This document shows, piece by piece, positions 1-7,867 of a stretch of 41,911 nt of DNA. The stretch is taken from the IMG/VR virus record IMGVR_UViG_3300037502_002077, positions 1-41,911 of that record, one strand, 5' to 3'. This DNA comes from a virus. A program made the translations under genes and the position numbers. The notes beneath the pieces were generated by a model, which was given only the letters and a program-made list of their open reading frames with translations, was not told the origin of the DNA and ran no database searches. Position 1 is the stretch's first letter, and the number at the start of each line of letters is the position of its first letter.

Positions 1-127
1 CGGTCAGTTCTTTGTTTTGCTGCCACGCTCCGGGGTAAGGATCGCGCACAACCGGCCACCAGCCAGACGAGCCCGCCTCCTGTAGTGCCTTGGTGCGGCG
101 CTTGATCTCTAGCCCAAAGAGCTTCAT
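1..127. repeat. Terminal overlap, left copy: identical to 41785-41911 and duplicates the 5' end of the portal gene. Probably a circular-assembly overlap.
   Basis: Direct comparison of the first and last 127 nt shows a base-for-base match. The minus-strand translation of both copies begins MKLFGLEIKRRTKALQEAGSSGWWP. Confidence 0.95.
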
Positions 128-130
128 GTG

Positions 131-319
131 TTATTCCGCCTGCATGTGTCGGGTGTCGTATTCGCCTTTCTTGGGTTCCGGCTCTACATGCACGTCCGCC
201 TTGCCAAGGGCCACCAGAAGATTGCCTTCACGCTCACGCGCTCCGGTGATGACCTGGCCTTGCGCATAGAACTTGCCGCCAAACCGGAAACCACGAGGGT
301 CTTTTACTTTGAGATCCAT
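131..319 (-). CDS. hypothetical protein (62 aa) between the major capsid and portal genes
   Basis: ORF track. A GGAGG Shine-Dalgarno lies upstream of the ATG at 319. It is co-oriented and tightly packed within the head operon. Confidence 0.55.
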   Translation of the reverse strand: MDLKVKDPRGFRFGGKFYAQGQVITGAREREGNLLVALGKADVHVEPEPKKGEYDTRHMQAE

Positions 320-342
320 AGAACCTCCAGATGATTAAGGCA

Positions 343-362
343 GGGAGGGCCGGAGCCCTCCC
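343..362 (-). promoter_or_regulatory. GC-rich stem-loop just downstream of the major capsid gene, possibly an attenuator or RNA-stability element
   Basis: gggagggc-cgga-gccctccc gives an 8-bp perfect stem and 4-nt loop. It lies 8 nt after the MCP stop, and no T-tract follows it on the minus strand. Confidence 0.4.
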
Positions 363-369
363 TTATGAC

Positions 370-1788
370 TTACGCGCCCCAGTTGACGCCAGTCAGGTAG
401 GCTACCGCAGATGCGCGGCGAAGCTTCCAGTTAATGAAACGCTCCGCACGCATGGCGACGCTGTTGGTCTGCCAGAGGCTGACCAAGCTGGAGCCGGTCG
501 GGGTGTCGCTGTCGTGAGTTGGCGCGTTGTCCATCTCCAGAGACGCCTCGCGGCTCATGTCCACCATGACGCCACCTTCGTCACCCAGATAGATATCCCC
601 GGCGTTTGCCATTACAACGATGGAGCCGGTGGAATCGGTCGGGATGTGCTCGGAGACGATCACAGGTACGCCGTTCAGGGTGCCGCCGCTCATGGTGATG
701 TTCGGGAACTCCGGTTGGCCCAGAGCGTTCACCATCAGGGACAGTGCCAGCGCGGTAGTGCCGTTCATGATCAGAACCGCAGAGGACGGGGTATTGTTCG
801 CCGCGATGAATTTCTGATACACGCTGCGCAGGTCGGCACGCACGTCGTCCGCTGTGCCGGTGCCGCTGGCACTGATAGGCGTCAGGCCGTTGGTGATAGA
901 GGCCGGGGAGACTCCGGAAACCGCCGCCTTTGCCGGGTCGATGAAGTCCACGTCCATCCGCGCCGCCAGGGCTTGCGCCAGTTGGTCACGGATCAGCACG
1001 TCAGCCGCCGGGGAGCTATACATCAGCACCTCTTCGGACAGAACGGCGATGTTCGCAACCTTCAGCGGCTCAAGGGTAGTGCGGGTGAAGTCGAACTTGG
1101 TCAGCGGCTTGGCCTTGCCTTCGCCTACCCAGTAGCCGTCACCGCCAGATGTCTGGCCGATCAGGGGTACGCGGAAAGGCACGGTACGCAGGCTTGGCAC
1201 ACCGCCAGCGCCGAAGCGGCCAAGAATGGTCTGGGGACGCAGGAATTCCACGAAGTCCGCGAACACGGCAGACTCGTCGCCCACCAGATTGCCAGCCCAT
1301 GACGCGTTGCTGGTGGTGCCAGCGGCTACGGCGGCCTTGGCAACGTTCTGGATGCGCTGGTCATCCGGGTATTGCGCCTTGGCTACGTCAATCGGGTTGA
1401 CGTGGTTCATCTTCGAGGTCACCAGGATGCGGGCAAACTTGGCAAAGCCAACGCCTTTATCCTCTTTCGCCACTTCAACGCGGGGCTGCTTGCCTTCGCG
1501 GGACTGTGCGGCCTTTTCTTCGGTGTCACCTTCGATGGCCTTGGCGTTCGCAGCTTCGGCGGCTTTCGTTTCGGCTTCTTCGGCTTCACGCTCGGCTTGC
1601 AATGCCTCAAGGCGCTTCAGTTCAACCTTCAGACCTTTGATCTCGCCAACCGTATCATCATACTGCTTGGCTTCTTCGTCGGTCAGGGTGCGGGTTTCAC
1701 CCAGCGCCTTGTCGTTGATTTCGTCACGCTTCTCTTGCATGACCTCCAGCTTTTTGCGAAGTTTCGCAATCTGCTCTTTCAAGTTCAT
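370..1788 (-). CDS. major capsid protein, HK97 family, with an N-terminal coiled-coil delta/scaffold-like domain
   Basis: 472 aa. About 110 charged, Ala/Glu/Lys-rich residues at the N terminus are followed by an HK97-fold-like body (FLRPQTILGRFG...GYWVGEGKAKP...EASLEMDNAP...LWQTN). It sits directly after the prohead protease. Confidence 0.9.
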   Translation of the reverse strand: MNLKEQIAKLRKKLEVMQEKRDEINDKALGETRTLTDEEAKQYDDTVGEIKGLKVELKRLEALQAEREAEEAETKAAEAANAKAIEGDTEEKAAQSREGKQPRVEVAKEDKGVGFAKFARILVTSKMNHVNPIDVAKAQYPDDQRIQNVAKAAVAAGTTSNASWAGNLVGDESAVFADFVEFLRPQTILGRFGAGGVPSLRTVPFRVPLIGQTSGGDGYWVGEGKAKPLTKFDFTRTTLEPLKVANIAVLSEEVLMYSSPAADVLIRDQLAQALAARMDVDFIDPAKAAVSGVSPASITNGLTPISASGTGTADDVRADLRSVYQKFIAANNTPSSAVLIMNGTTALALSLMVNALGQPEFPNITMSGGTLNGVPVIVSEHIPTDSTGSIVVMANAGDIYLGDEGGVMVDMSREASLEMDNAPTHDSDTPTGSSLVSLWQTNSVAMRAERFINWKLRRASAVAYLTGVNWGA

Positions 1789-1808
1789 GGTAAATCTCCC
1801 ACTCAGGG

Positions 1809-2375
1809 TTAGTAGTAAAACGGGCCTTTCGGCACTTCACGGTTGCGCCCTGACGCGGGCTTTTCGACCTCGGCACCCTTGGCCCCTGACGCGGGTAGAT
1901 GCTTTTGGTCAAAACTTTTAACGGCAGTGATCACCGCTTCGGACTGGGCCGGGACAGATACCAGGCTCAGCTCCAGCCACTCCCATTCGGCAAAACGTAA
2001 GCCACCGTCGTCAAGGTGGCTGTATTCGATGGGAGAGAAGCCGATGGAAACTGCGTTCAGAAGGTTGTATTTGAGGCTGTGGATTGCCTCGTCTACCCGA
2101 TCCTTTACTCGCCCCGGCTCCGTCACCTTCGGGATGACCGCTTCAAACGGGATGCCATCGGCGGTCGGTTGCGCCATGGTGATGTTGCCCACCGGTAATT
2201 GGTGATCGTGGTAGAGCAGAAACGGCATGGGCGTTTTGAACTTCGCGCCCATTGGATCCACAATGTCGTTCATCCGGTCGGGGGTCGGGGTGCTGGCAAT
2301 GCCTTTGACCGTCACGAACTTCTCGTCGTTGTCGTCAAACTCTCGGCAATCCAGAATGGAGTATGCACGGTTCAT
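1809..2375 (-). CDS. HK97-family prohead protease
   Basis: 188 aa. Family-typical segments: GIASTPTPDRMNDIV, LLYHDHQLPVG, VSIGF, ELSLVSVPA. Located upstream of the MCP. Confidence 0.88.
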   Translation of the reverse strand: MNRAYSILDCREFDDNDEKFVTVKGIASTPTPDRMNDIVDPMGAKFKTPMPFLLYHDHQLPVGNITMAQPTADGIPFEAVIPKVTEPGRVKDRVDEAIHSLKYNLLNAVSIGFSPIEYSHLDDGGLRFAEWEWLELSLVSVPAQSEAVITAVKSFDQKHLPASGAKGAEVEKPASGRNREVPKGPFYY

Positions 2376-2434
2376 GGCAAAGCCTCTTAAAATCCTTCTG
2401 TCATATTATCAGTGATTGTAGCATGGGCAAAGGG

Positions 2435-3937
2435 TTAGACAAAAAAGAGGTTGTATTCTTTTTCCGGCTCCTGCTCATGCTTGGCAGAAATACCCGTCGC
2501 CATTGCCAGTGCAACCATGCCATCTATCCGGCCTGTCGCCTTATGTCGGTCTAGCTTGCGACCGCCCGCAGGATCTGACGATACTACAGCATTAGCGGCG
2601 CACATAGTCAAAACTGGGTGCATTCCGTGCCTGACGCGCTTGTTCAGCAGGTCCGCTTCCAGGTTGTCCAAGGCAGGCGCCATGTCCTTGAAGCCTTGCC
2701 CGAATTCAACCAGCGGGAAATCCACGCCGAGCCTGTCCATTTCCTTACGGAAGACGTCGATTCTCCAGCGGTCAAACCCTATTGCACGTAGGTCTAACCC
2801 CTCGCATATCTCCGCAATCTCCGACACAACGAACTCATAGTCAACCGTGGCGCCGGGGGTGGTGCGCAAGAACCCCTGCTGAACCCACACGTCATACGGC
2901 ACGCGGTCACGCTTCGACCGATCATATAGCCCTTCCTGTGGCGTCCAGAAATACGGGTAGACATGCTTGGTGCCTTGGGCGTCTATGGCCTCAATAACGA
3001 ATGCGGTCAAGTCGGTTCTGGCAGACAAGTCCAAACCGGCGTAACACTCCATGCCGTCAGGTGATTCCGGGCTTTCTCCGCAAGAATCCCATACTGACTT
3101 GCTGACAAACGGGTTCACCACCGATATGCGCTGGTTGAGCACCAGGTTCCTGAACGTGGCCTCACTGGTCGGCATTCGCATGGCGCGCTCCGCTTGGCGC
3201 TTCAGGTCATCCATTGAGCGGAAGATACCGAGAGCAGGGTTGGACGCCCGCCATGCTTCCTCGTCGTCTAGCTCGCAATCCTTTGGAGCCTCATAGATAT
3301 GGCTCACGATGTGGGGATCATTGGAGCGCCGTGCATCATCAAGCCAGATAGAAAACAAGTCGTTATCGGTCGCCGCCTGGGTGCTGATCGCAATCAGCAA
3401 GGGGCTTCCATGCGCGCCCTGCGCAGTGGTAATGGCGTCGATGAAATCCGACTGCGGGCCGCGTACCTGTCCGACTTCATCCAGAATCGCCAAAACAGGT
3501 GACAGGCCGTGGGCGGTTTTGCCGTCCGCTGCCAGCGCCTTGAACTCTACGTTCATCGGCTTTCCAATAAGCCGCTTGCCGCTCGGTATGATGTGGATGA
3601 TTTCCGCCAGCTTCGGGTTAAGCTGTATCATCTTGCAGGCCAAGGCGAAAACGAGCGAAGCCTGATCCCGGCTCATGGCACCGGAGACGATCTGGCTGTT
3701 TTGCACGGCCTCTGGGCCAACCAAGTGCGCCAGCAGAATACCGGCAATGAGGGCTGACTTGCCGTTCTTCCGGGAAACAGAAAGGTAAGCCGTGGTGGTG
3801 CCTTCCGGGTTATCGTAGATATCCAGAATGAACCGGCGCTGGAATTCCACCAGCTTTATCGGCTTGCCAACCTGGGCGCCTTCGGGAATCTTTAGATACT
3901 GCTCAATGAAGGCTATCACCTTTTCGCCACGGGTCAT
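2435..3937 (-). CDS. terL: terminase large subunit
   Basis: 500 aa. The Walker A-like region is VSRKNGKSAL. It has ILDEVG and a C-terminal RNaseH-like nuclease region (AGLDLS...D). Its start overlaps the TerS stop. Confidence 0.9.
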   Translation of the reverse strand: MTRGEKVIAFIEQYLKIPEGAQVGKPIKLVEFQRRFILDIYDNPEGTTTAYLSVSRKNGKSALIAGILLAHLVGPEAVQNSQIVSGAMSRDQASLVFALACKMIQLNPKLAEIIHIIPSGKRLIGKPMNVEFKALAADGKTAHGLSPVLAILDEVGQVRGPQSDFIDAITTAQGAHGSPLLIAISTQAATDNDLFSIWLDDARRSNDPHIVSHIYEAPKDCELDDEEAWRASNPALGIFRSMDDLKRQAERAMRMPTSEATFRNLVLNQRISVVNPFVSKSVWDSCGESPESPDGMECYAGLDLSARTDLTAFVIEAIDAQGTKHVYPYFWTPQEGLYDRSKRDRVPYDVWVQQGFLRTTPGATVDYEFVVSEIAEICEGLDLRAIGFDRWRIDVFRKEMDRLGVDFPLVEFGQGFKDMAPALDNLEADLLNKRVRHGMHPVLTMCAANAVVSSDPAGGRKLDRHKATGRIDGMVALAMATGISAKHEQEPEKEYNLFFV

Positions 3938-4392
3938 TAGTGCATCGGCCTCGCCAGAAGGTTGTCGGATTCTGACTCCATGCTGTCAGCCGCCCGCTTG
4001 TGGTCTTCGTTCTGCTTGACCTGCTCCCTCGATTTCCCTTGTGTCGCCTCCGGGTGGATCTGCAAATGGGCATTCAGCAGCCTGACGCGCTTGGCCAGCA
4101 GGTCTGCCCGCTTCTCGATTTCCTTCACCGCTTCCGAGGGTGCCGTGATGTTTTGTTCCAGCTCTTCCGACACCCGCTCAAGCCGGTACATGCAGCGGGC
4201 GACTTCGGCGGCCAGCACCAGGTCGCTTTTAGTCCACGCGCGTTTTGCCTTGGCAGTCGTGACCATCTCCCAGAACGGCTGTACGGCCTCACTGATCTTG
4301 ACCCCGGCTGGCGGGTTAGGAGCGCCGGAAAGTGCCCCTCTGGTGATCTCTGTGCGCCCTGCGGCGCTGTCTGATCTCTGTCGCTTGCTCAT
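3937..4392 (-). CDS. terS: terminase small subunit (P27-like)
   Basis: 151 aa, immediately upstream of and overlapping TerL by 1 nt. The sequence is helical and charged, typical of P27-family small terminases. Confidence 0.7.
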   Translation of the reverse strand: MSKRQRSDSAAGRTEITRGALSGAPNPPAGVKISEAVQPFWEMVTTAKAKRAWTKSDLVLAAEVARCMYRLERVSEELEQNITAPSEAVKEIEKRADLLAKRVRLLNAHLQIHPEATQGKSREQVKQNEDHKRAADSMESESDNLLARPMH

Positions 4393-4479
4393 AGTTTGTC
4401 CAAGTGAGTTACCAAAAAAGCTAGACTTTGGGCGCGGTCAGGGAGCAAACCGCCAGGACAATCTGAGCACCCCCGCCAA

Positions 4480-4513
4480 CCTATTGATTCCAATGGTGTT
4501 TTCCATCAATAGG
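4480..4513. promoter_or_regulatory. 9-bp perfect inverted repeat (cctattgat N16 atcaatagg) spanning the HNH stop codon, next to a G-rich tract; candidate packaging (cos-region) element
   Basis: Read directly from the sequence. It lies at the HNH/TerS junction, where HK97-like cos phages usually carry cos. Confidence 0.25.
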
Positions 4514-4822
4514 AACGCCTGACGAGTCGCAACCGATCTCCTGACCTTGCTTCTCTTCGCGCTGCTTAGTTGAGTTGTGGTGGGTCTGGCATAGCGCGGC
4601 CCAGTTAGACCTATCCCAGAACAGCGCCTGATCACCTTGATGCGGCACCCTATGATCGACAACGGTTGCCGCAGTAACTCGTGGAGGCGTCATGTTCTGA
4701 CACATCTCGCATAATGGGTGAGACTTTAGAAAGGTCAAGCGCGCCTTCTGCCATCGGCTTCCGTACCCTCGCTGGGCGGTAGTCCTCTTGTCGTGACGCC
4801 AACTGTTAGACTTTGGTCCCAT
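4481..4822 (-). CDS. HNH endonuclease (terminase-associated)
   Basis: 113 aa. HNH core: CEMC...VDHRVPH...NWAALCQTHHNSTK. Positioned directly upstream of TerS/TerL. Confidence 0.9.
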   Translation of the reverse strand: MGPKSNSWRHDKRTTAQRGYGSRWQKARLTFLKSHPLCEMCQNMTPPRVTAATVVDHRVPHQGDQALFWDRSNWAALCQTHHNSTKQREEKQGQEIGCDSSGVPIDGKHHWNQ

Positions 4823-4955
4823 CCAAATAAACCCCAGGCTCTGATTCTGACTCGTCCGCTTCCTCAGCCAGCGTCTCCACTAGCAGCATCAGCAGTTGAT
4901 TGGTCTTTCGTTGTTCTTGCAGAATGCTTTGCAGTAACTCGCTTTGCTCTGTCAC
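4806..4955 (-). CDS. possible small acidic protein (49 aa, GTG start), absent from the ORF track
   Basis: Own translation: VTEQSELLQSILQEQRKTNQLLMLLVETLAEEADESESEPGVYLDGTKV. GAGG lies 7 nt upstream of the GTG, and the 3' end overlaps the HNH start. Confidence 0.3.
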   Translation of the reverse strand: MTEQSELLQSILQEQRKTNQLLMLLVETLAEEADESESEPGVYLDGTKV

Positions 4956-5012
4956 GCGCTAACCTCACGTATCGTTTGATCCATTCTCGTCTACGGGCGC
5001 AGCCGGTGCAAC

Positions 5013-5294
5013 TCATGGCTCGCCTCGCAGTGCGTCCACCAACCCGTTATGCCGGGTGGCGCAGTCGTGGTAGGTGGTTGACCAGTCGCGCATGGTCAGC
5101 ACGACATCTTGCCCTGTCCCGTCAGTCAGCAGCGTCAGGCTTTTCGGGCACTTGACCATCAGATTCTCTGGCGGGTTGTCCTTGTGCTGCCAGGTTAAGC
5201 AGCCGGAAAGACTCACTGTCAGCGGGAATGCACACGTTATGAAAAACAGGCTTCTGAATCTCACGGATGATGCCCCTGTCGATAACACGTTCAT
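5013..5294 (-). CDS. o-spanin (Rz1-like outer-membrane lipoprotein)
   Basis: 93 aa with a signal peptide ending in the lipobox LSGC. It starts inside the i-spanin gene in another frame and extends past its end (overlapped architecture). Confidence 0.8.
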   Translation of the reverse strand: MNVLSTGASSVRFRSLFFITCAFPLTVSLSGCLTWQHKDNPPENLMVKCPKSLTLLTDGTGQDVVLTMRDWSTTYHDCATRHNGLVDALRGEP

Positions 5295-5496
5295 TGGCTC
5301 TTAGCTCGCTCAGGCGCTTTTCTACTTGCGCCGATACCTCGGCCTGCCCTTTGCGGATTTCAGCCGCTAGGGCGTGCTGGGCCTCCACAGCTGCCAGGTC
5401 CTTGCTGTCCTCAAACCATCCTCTAGCTAACCAGCCGCCTGTACCGATGGCGGTGGCAGCGACGGCAATCAGGGCGGGCTTGGCGTAGGGGATCAT
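5122..5496 (-). CDS. i-spanin (Rz-like)
   Basis: Start refined to MIPYAKPALIAVAATAIG, where the ATG at 5496 forms an ATGA overlap with the upstream stop. It has an N-terminal TM segment and a coiled-coil periplasmic domain, and the o-spanin is embedded in it. Confidence 0.8.
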   Translation of the reverse strand: MIPYAKPALIAVAATAIGTGGWLARGWFEDSKDLAAVEAQHALAAEIRKGQAEVSAQVEKRLSELRANERVIDRGIIREIQKPVFHNVCIPADSESFRLLNLAAQGQPARESDGQVPEKPDAAD

Positions 5497-5717
5497 TTCT
5501 TGCTCCGGCTGAATGCTTCGATGGCGTTGTTGCCGTAGTAGCCGATGACAATCACCGCAAACGCCCATGCCAGCGTCTCAATCAGCGGGATAGTCGCTTC
5601 GCGTACCGGCGCAAACAAAGCGCAGGCCAACGTAAAGAGCAATGCAGCCATGGCGGTGTACGCCAGTCTCCGGCGGTGTCGCCAGTAGCGCTCGGGGTCT
5701 GGATGGTTATCGCTCAC
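5493..5717 (-). CDS. holin candidate (74 aa, two predicted TM helices)
   Basis: Hydrophobic segments are LAYTAMAALLFTLACALFAPV and LAWAFAVIVIGYYG. It lies between the endolysin and the spanins. Confidence 0.6.
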   Translation of the reverse strand: MSDNHPDPERYWRHRRRLAYTAMAALLFTLACALFAPVREATIPLIETLAWAFAVIVIGYYGNNAIEAFSRSKK

Positions 5718-5985
5718 GGCCCTGAGTCTCGATTAAGCGGTCAAGCTTGTTGTTTATCATCCGCAGATCCACGCGCAGCTCGTCGAACTTCTTTTCCGTC
5801 CGACTCTGGTCAGACACCCGCTCTGTCTGCAAATGCTTGATGTTCAGCTCCAGATTGCTGATTCGGGTGTCTTGTCCTGCAAAAAACCAGAGGGCTCCAA
5901 CGATAAGGCCGATGGTGGTGCCTATGTGGGCCACCGACACGCTCTTATCCAAGTGCCACCCTCTGCGATCTGGCATATCTGTCAC
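5707..5985 (-). CDS. membrane protein (92 aa, one TM helix plus coiled coil); holin/antiholin or lysis-regulator candidate
   Basis: TM segment IGTTIGLIVGALWFFAG. ATGA-type overlap with the endolysin stop. Lysis-cassette context. Confidence 0.55.
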   Translation of the reverse strand: MTDMPDRRGWHLDKSVSVAHIGTTIGLIVGALWFFAGQDTRISNLELNIKHLQTERVSDQSRTEKKFDELRVDLRMINNKLDRLIETQGRER

Positions 5986-6401
5986 CGCTCAACCTCACCC
6001 GTCCGCATGATCTCTGCGAGCTCAGTCGCTCTCCGGCCTACCTGCTTCGCCCACTTTGAATCAAGCATTTCAGCAGCGGCAGCCGCGTAGTCGCGCTTAG
6101 CCAAAGCACGCCACATACGCTTAAACCCAATAATCCCCTTAAAACCTACGTTAAAGCAGAGGTTGGCGAGTACCGTCTGACGTATCTCGTCAAGCGCTTG
6201 GTATTCGTCCACCTGCTCCAGCTGGCGGACTACCTCAGCAATGTCGTTATCCAGCAGGGTGAACGCCTCTTCCCGGCTAATGCCCTTATCGTCAAGGTTA
6301 CGCCCGATGCCGATGGTCAGTTTGCCCACGGTGTCCTTGTATGGTTTCAGCCGCAGCCCTTCATGCCGCTCCAGCTGTTCGCGCAGTTGTTGGGTGTCCA
6401 T
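5982..6401 (-). CDS. endolysin, GH24 (T4-type) lysozyme
   Basis: Start refined to MDTQQLREQLERHEGLRLKPYKDTVGKLTIGIGRNL, the Glu-Asp-Thr lysozyme signature region. AGGAG lies upstream of the ATG at 6401. The longer 192-aa ORF-track version adds a non-protein-like leader. Confidence 0.9.
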   Translation of the reverse strand: MDTQQLREQLERHEGLRLKPYKDTVGKLTIGIGRNLDDKGISREEAFTLLDNDIAEVVRQLEQVDEYQALDEIRQTVLANLCFNVGFKGIIGFKRMWRALAKRDYAAAAAEMLDSKWAKQVGRRATELAEIMRTGEVER

Positions 6402-6459
6402 GGTTGGCTCCTGGTTAATGGCCCCAGCGTACCAAGGCAGAGGCCAGGGAGTTGCCGGC

Positions 6460-6759
6460 TTACTTGCCGGCCAGCTTATCACGCAACAGGTAGCCCTCAA
6501 GCGCCCAAATTTTGTTTCGGGCGTTATCGCGGGCAATCTTTCGCCCGATAGCCTCATCAAAGTTTTCAGGGCTTGCGGCTGCGCTTTCGCCAGTAACGAT
6601 GTAGCCGTTGCGCAGAGTTAGCGCGCACACAGTCATGGTTGTACCGGGAAACACATGATACTGCTCAGAGTGGATGCACTCGTTGATTGCATCCGGGGTC
6701 AGTCGTGGAGCGTTAAGCCCTTTCGACTGGATTTCTTTCTCGATCTCTTGCTCTCTCAT
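6460..6759 (-). CDS. Gp49-like protein (N4 gp49 / Sf6 gp66 family)
   Basis: 99 aa. CALTLRNGYIVTGESAAASPENFDEAIGRKIARDNARNKIWALEGYLLR matches the conserved core of this family as I remember it. Confidence 0.8.
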   Translation of the reverse strand: MREQEIEKEIQSKGLNAPRLTPDAINECIHSEQYHVFPGTTMTVCALTLRNGYIVTGESAAASPENFDEAIGRKIARDNARNKIWALEGYLLRDKLAGK

Positions 6760-6879
6760 ATCGTCTACCTCAATGTCAGTCTATGGTTTTGCCCACCAGG
6801 GCGACCGCTGTCTCGCAATCCGTTAGGCGGGCAGTGTGGCAGCCGACCCGGAGCGACCAGCCTGGCGCGTGCCACGGGG

Positions 6880-7301
6880 TTAGTATAACCGCATCCGCAC
6901 AATAAAGACCACTGCATCACCAAGCAAACCACCTGCGGCTGCACCCGGTATCGGGTATACGTCAGGGCCGGGTAGGCCATGGGGCAAACCTTGGTGTTAT
7001 CGCCATCACGCCCTGCACCATAGCAGCGCTCATAGCCGCGCATAACGCCAGCGTGTAACGACCCGCGCCAATGCCCCCACTGTCTCTGCCAGCCATACCC
7101 CGCCACCCATGTCTCCCGGCCATAGGAGTTGGTGAACGTCCCGGCCATTTAGTTTTTATACTCGACAATCGTGGCCTTGTGGGTCTCGTTGTAGTCGCCT
7201 GAGCTTAGATGGGTTGACCAGCCGCCGGCCAGTAGTGCTAGCTCGGCATGGGCTGGCGTGCAGGTGGCTAGGAGGAGGGCTAGGAGGATCGCGAGTTTCA
7301 T
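6880..7301 (-). pseudogene. PagP-like small beta-barrel outer-membrane protein (lipid A palmitoyltransferase-like), disrupted by an in-frame TAA and a -1 frameshift
   Basis: Own translation. A signal peptide and first strands (MKLAILLALLLATCTPAHAELALLAGGWSTHLSSGDYNETHKATIVEYKN) run to a TAA at 7149-7151. The same frame continues MAGTFTNSYGRETWVAGYGWQ...YPALTYTRY. The family-typical C terminus PGAAAGGLLGDAVVFIVRMRLY* lies in the -1 frame from about 6944-6950. Compare E. coli PagP ...AGYGWE...TYIPG...VYFAWMRFQF*. Confidence 0.5.
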
Positions 7302-7867
7302 GGTTTTGGTTCCTTCTTCCAGCCTTCGGCGATGAGGTGGTCTGCAATATCGTAGCCGTCGATCTCTTTGAGTGTTTTTCTCGGGGTCGCTGCGATGGCT
7401 CTTACCAACTCATCCCGCTGGCGCTGTTGCTTGGTGAGGAGGGGTCGAATAGACAGGCCATTCATGATAGTCCAGAACTCACCGTTCTGATTTGCCTTAA
7501 ACCATACGGCCTCGGTTGTTGAGGCGATCACAGTCCCTGGATACCAGAAGCTGCCCATCTGCACTTCACACTTTGCGCCAGCGGGTATCGGAAAAGCCGA
7601 ACCATCCCACTCAGCCTCATGCGCCCTTTTGGGTGGGCGGGGGATGACCGGAGTGTGGCACGGCTCACCATCTGCGCAAGGACACCATGCCTGGCATTCA
7701 GGGTAAAAAAAGTAAGCTCCATTTCCCAGCCTGTACCAGCACGGCTTAAATCCGAACTCAGACCCTTCTCCCCACCTGTTACCGACATGAGTCGCGTCTT
7801 CAGGCGCTCCGCACTCATCCCAATACTCCCGATCCACTGCCAATCGTTCCAGGTCGATGTCAGTCAT
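7298..7867 (-). CDS. hypothetical protein (189 aa)
   Basis: ORF track, with ATGA overlaps to both neighbours. Confidence 0.65.
   Translation of the reverse strand: MTDIDLERLAVDREYWDECGAPEDATHVGNRWGEGSEFGFKPCWYRLGNGAYFFYPECQAWCPCADGEPCHTPVIPRPPKRAHEAEWDGSAFPIPAGAKCEVQMGSFWYPGTVIASTTEAVWFKANQNGEFWTIMNGLSIRPLLTKQQRQRDELVRAIAATPRKTLKEIDGYDIADHLIAEGWKKEPKP

Noticed and set aside
1-127. The 127-bp end repeat as genuine direct terminal repeats of the virion DNA
   Set aside because: - The repeat lies inside the portal coding sequence and has a typical assembler k-mer length.
- A terminase-associated HNH suggests cos packaging instead.
- It is kept as an assembly-closure signal only.
331-1921. Long plus-strand ORFs (331..1302, 323 aa; 1226..1921, 231 aa; 1372..1812) opposite the capsid gene
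   Set aside because: - They are antisense shadows of a strongly supported HK97 capsid gene in high-GC DNA.
- Their translations are Arg/Gly/Ala/His-rich low-complexity strings with no motifs and no ribosome-binding context.
5982-6560. Extended N termini given by the ORF track for the endolysin (192 aa), i-spanin (148 aa), HK97 gp10-like (193 aa), K-like (149 aa) and several early genes
   Set aside because: Internal ATG starts coincide with SD sequences and/or ATGA stop-start overlaps, and with the start of recognisable domains. The upstream extensions are non-protein-like and overlap the preceding genes.
6765-7148. The 127-aa ORF as an intact stand-alone gene
   Set aside because: - Its N terminus continues, in frame across a TAA, from an upstream signal-peptide ORF.
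- Its C-terminal 55 residues look like read-through into non-coding sequence, while the family-typical ending lies in another frame.
- It is therefore treated as part of a pseudogene.
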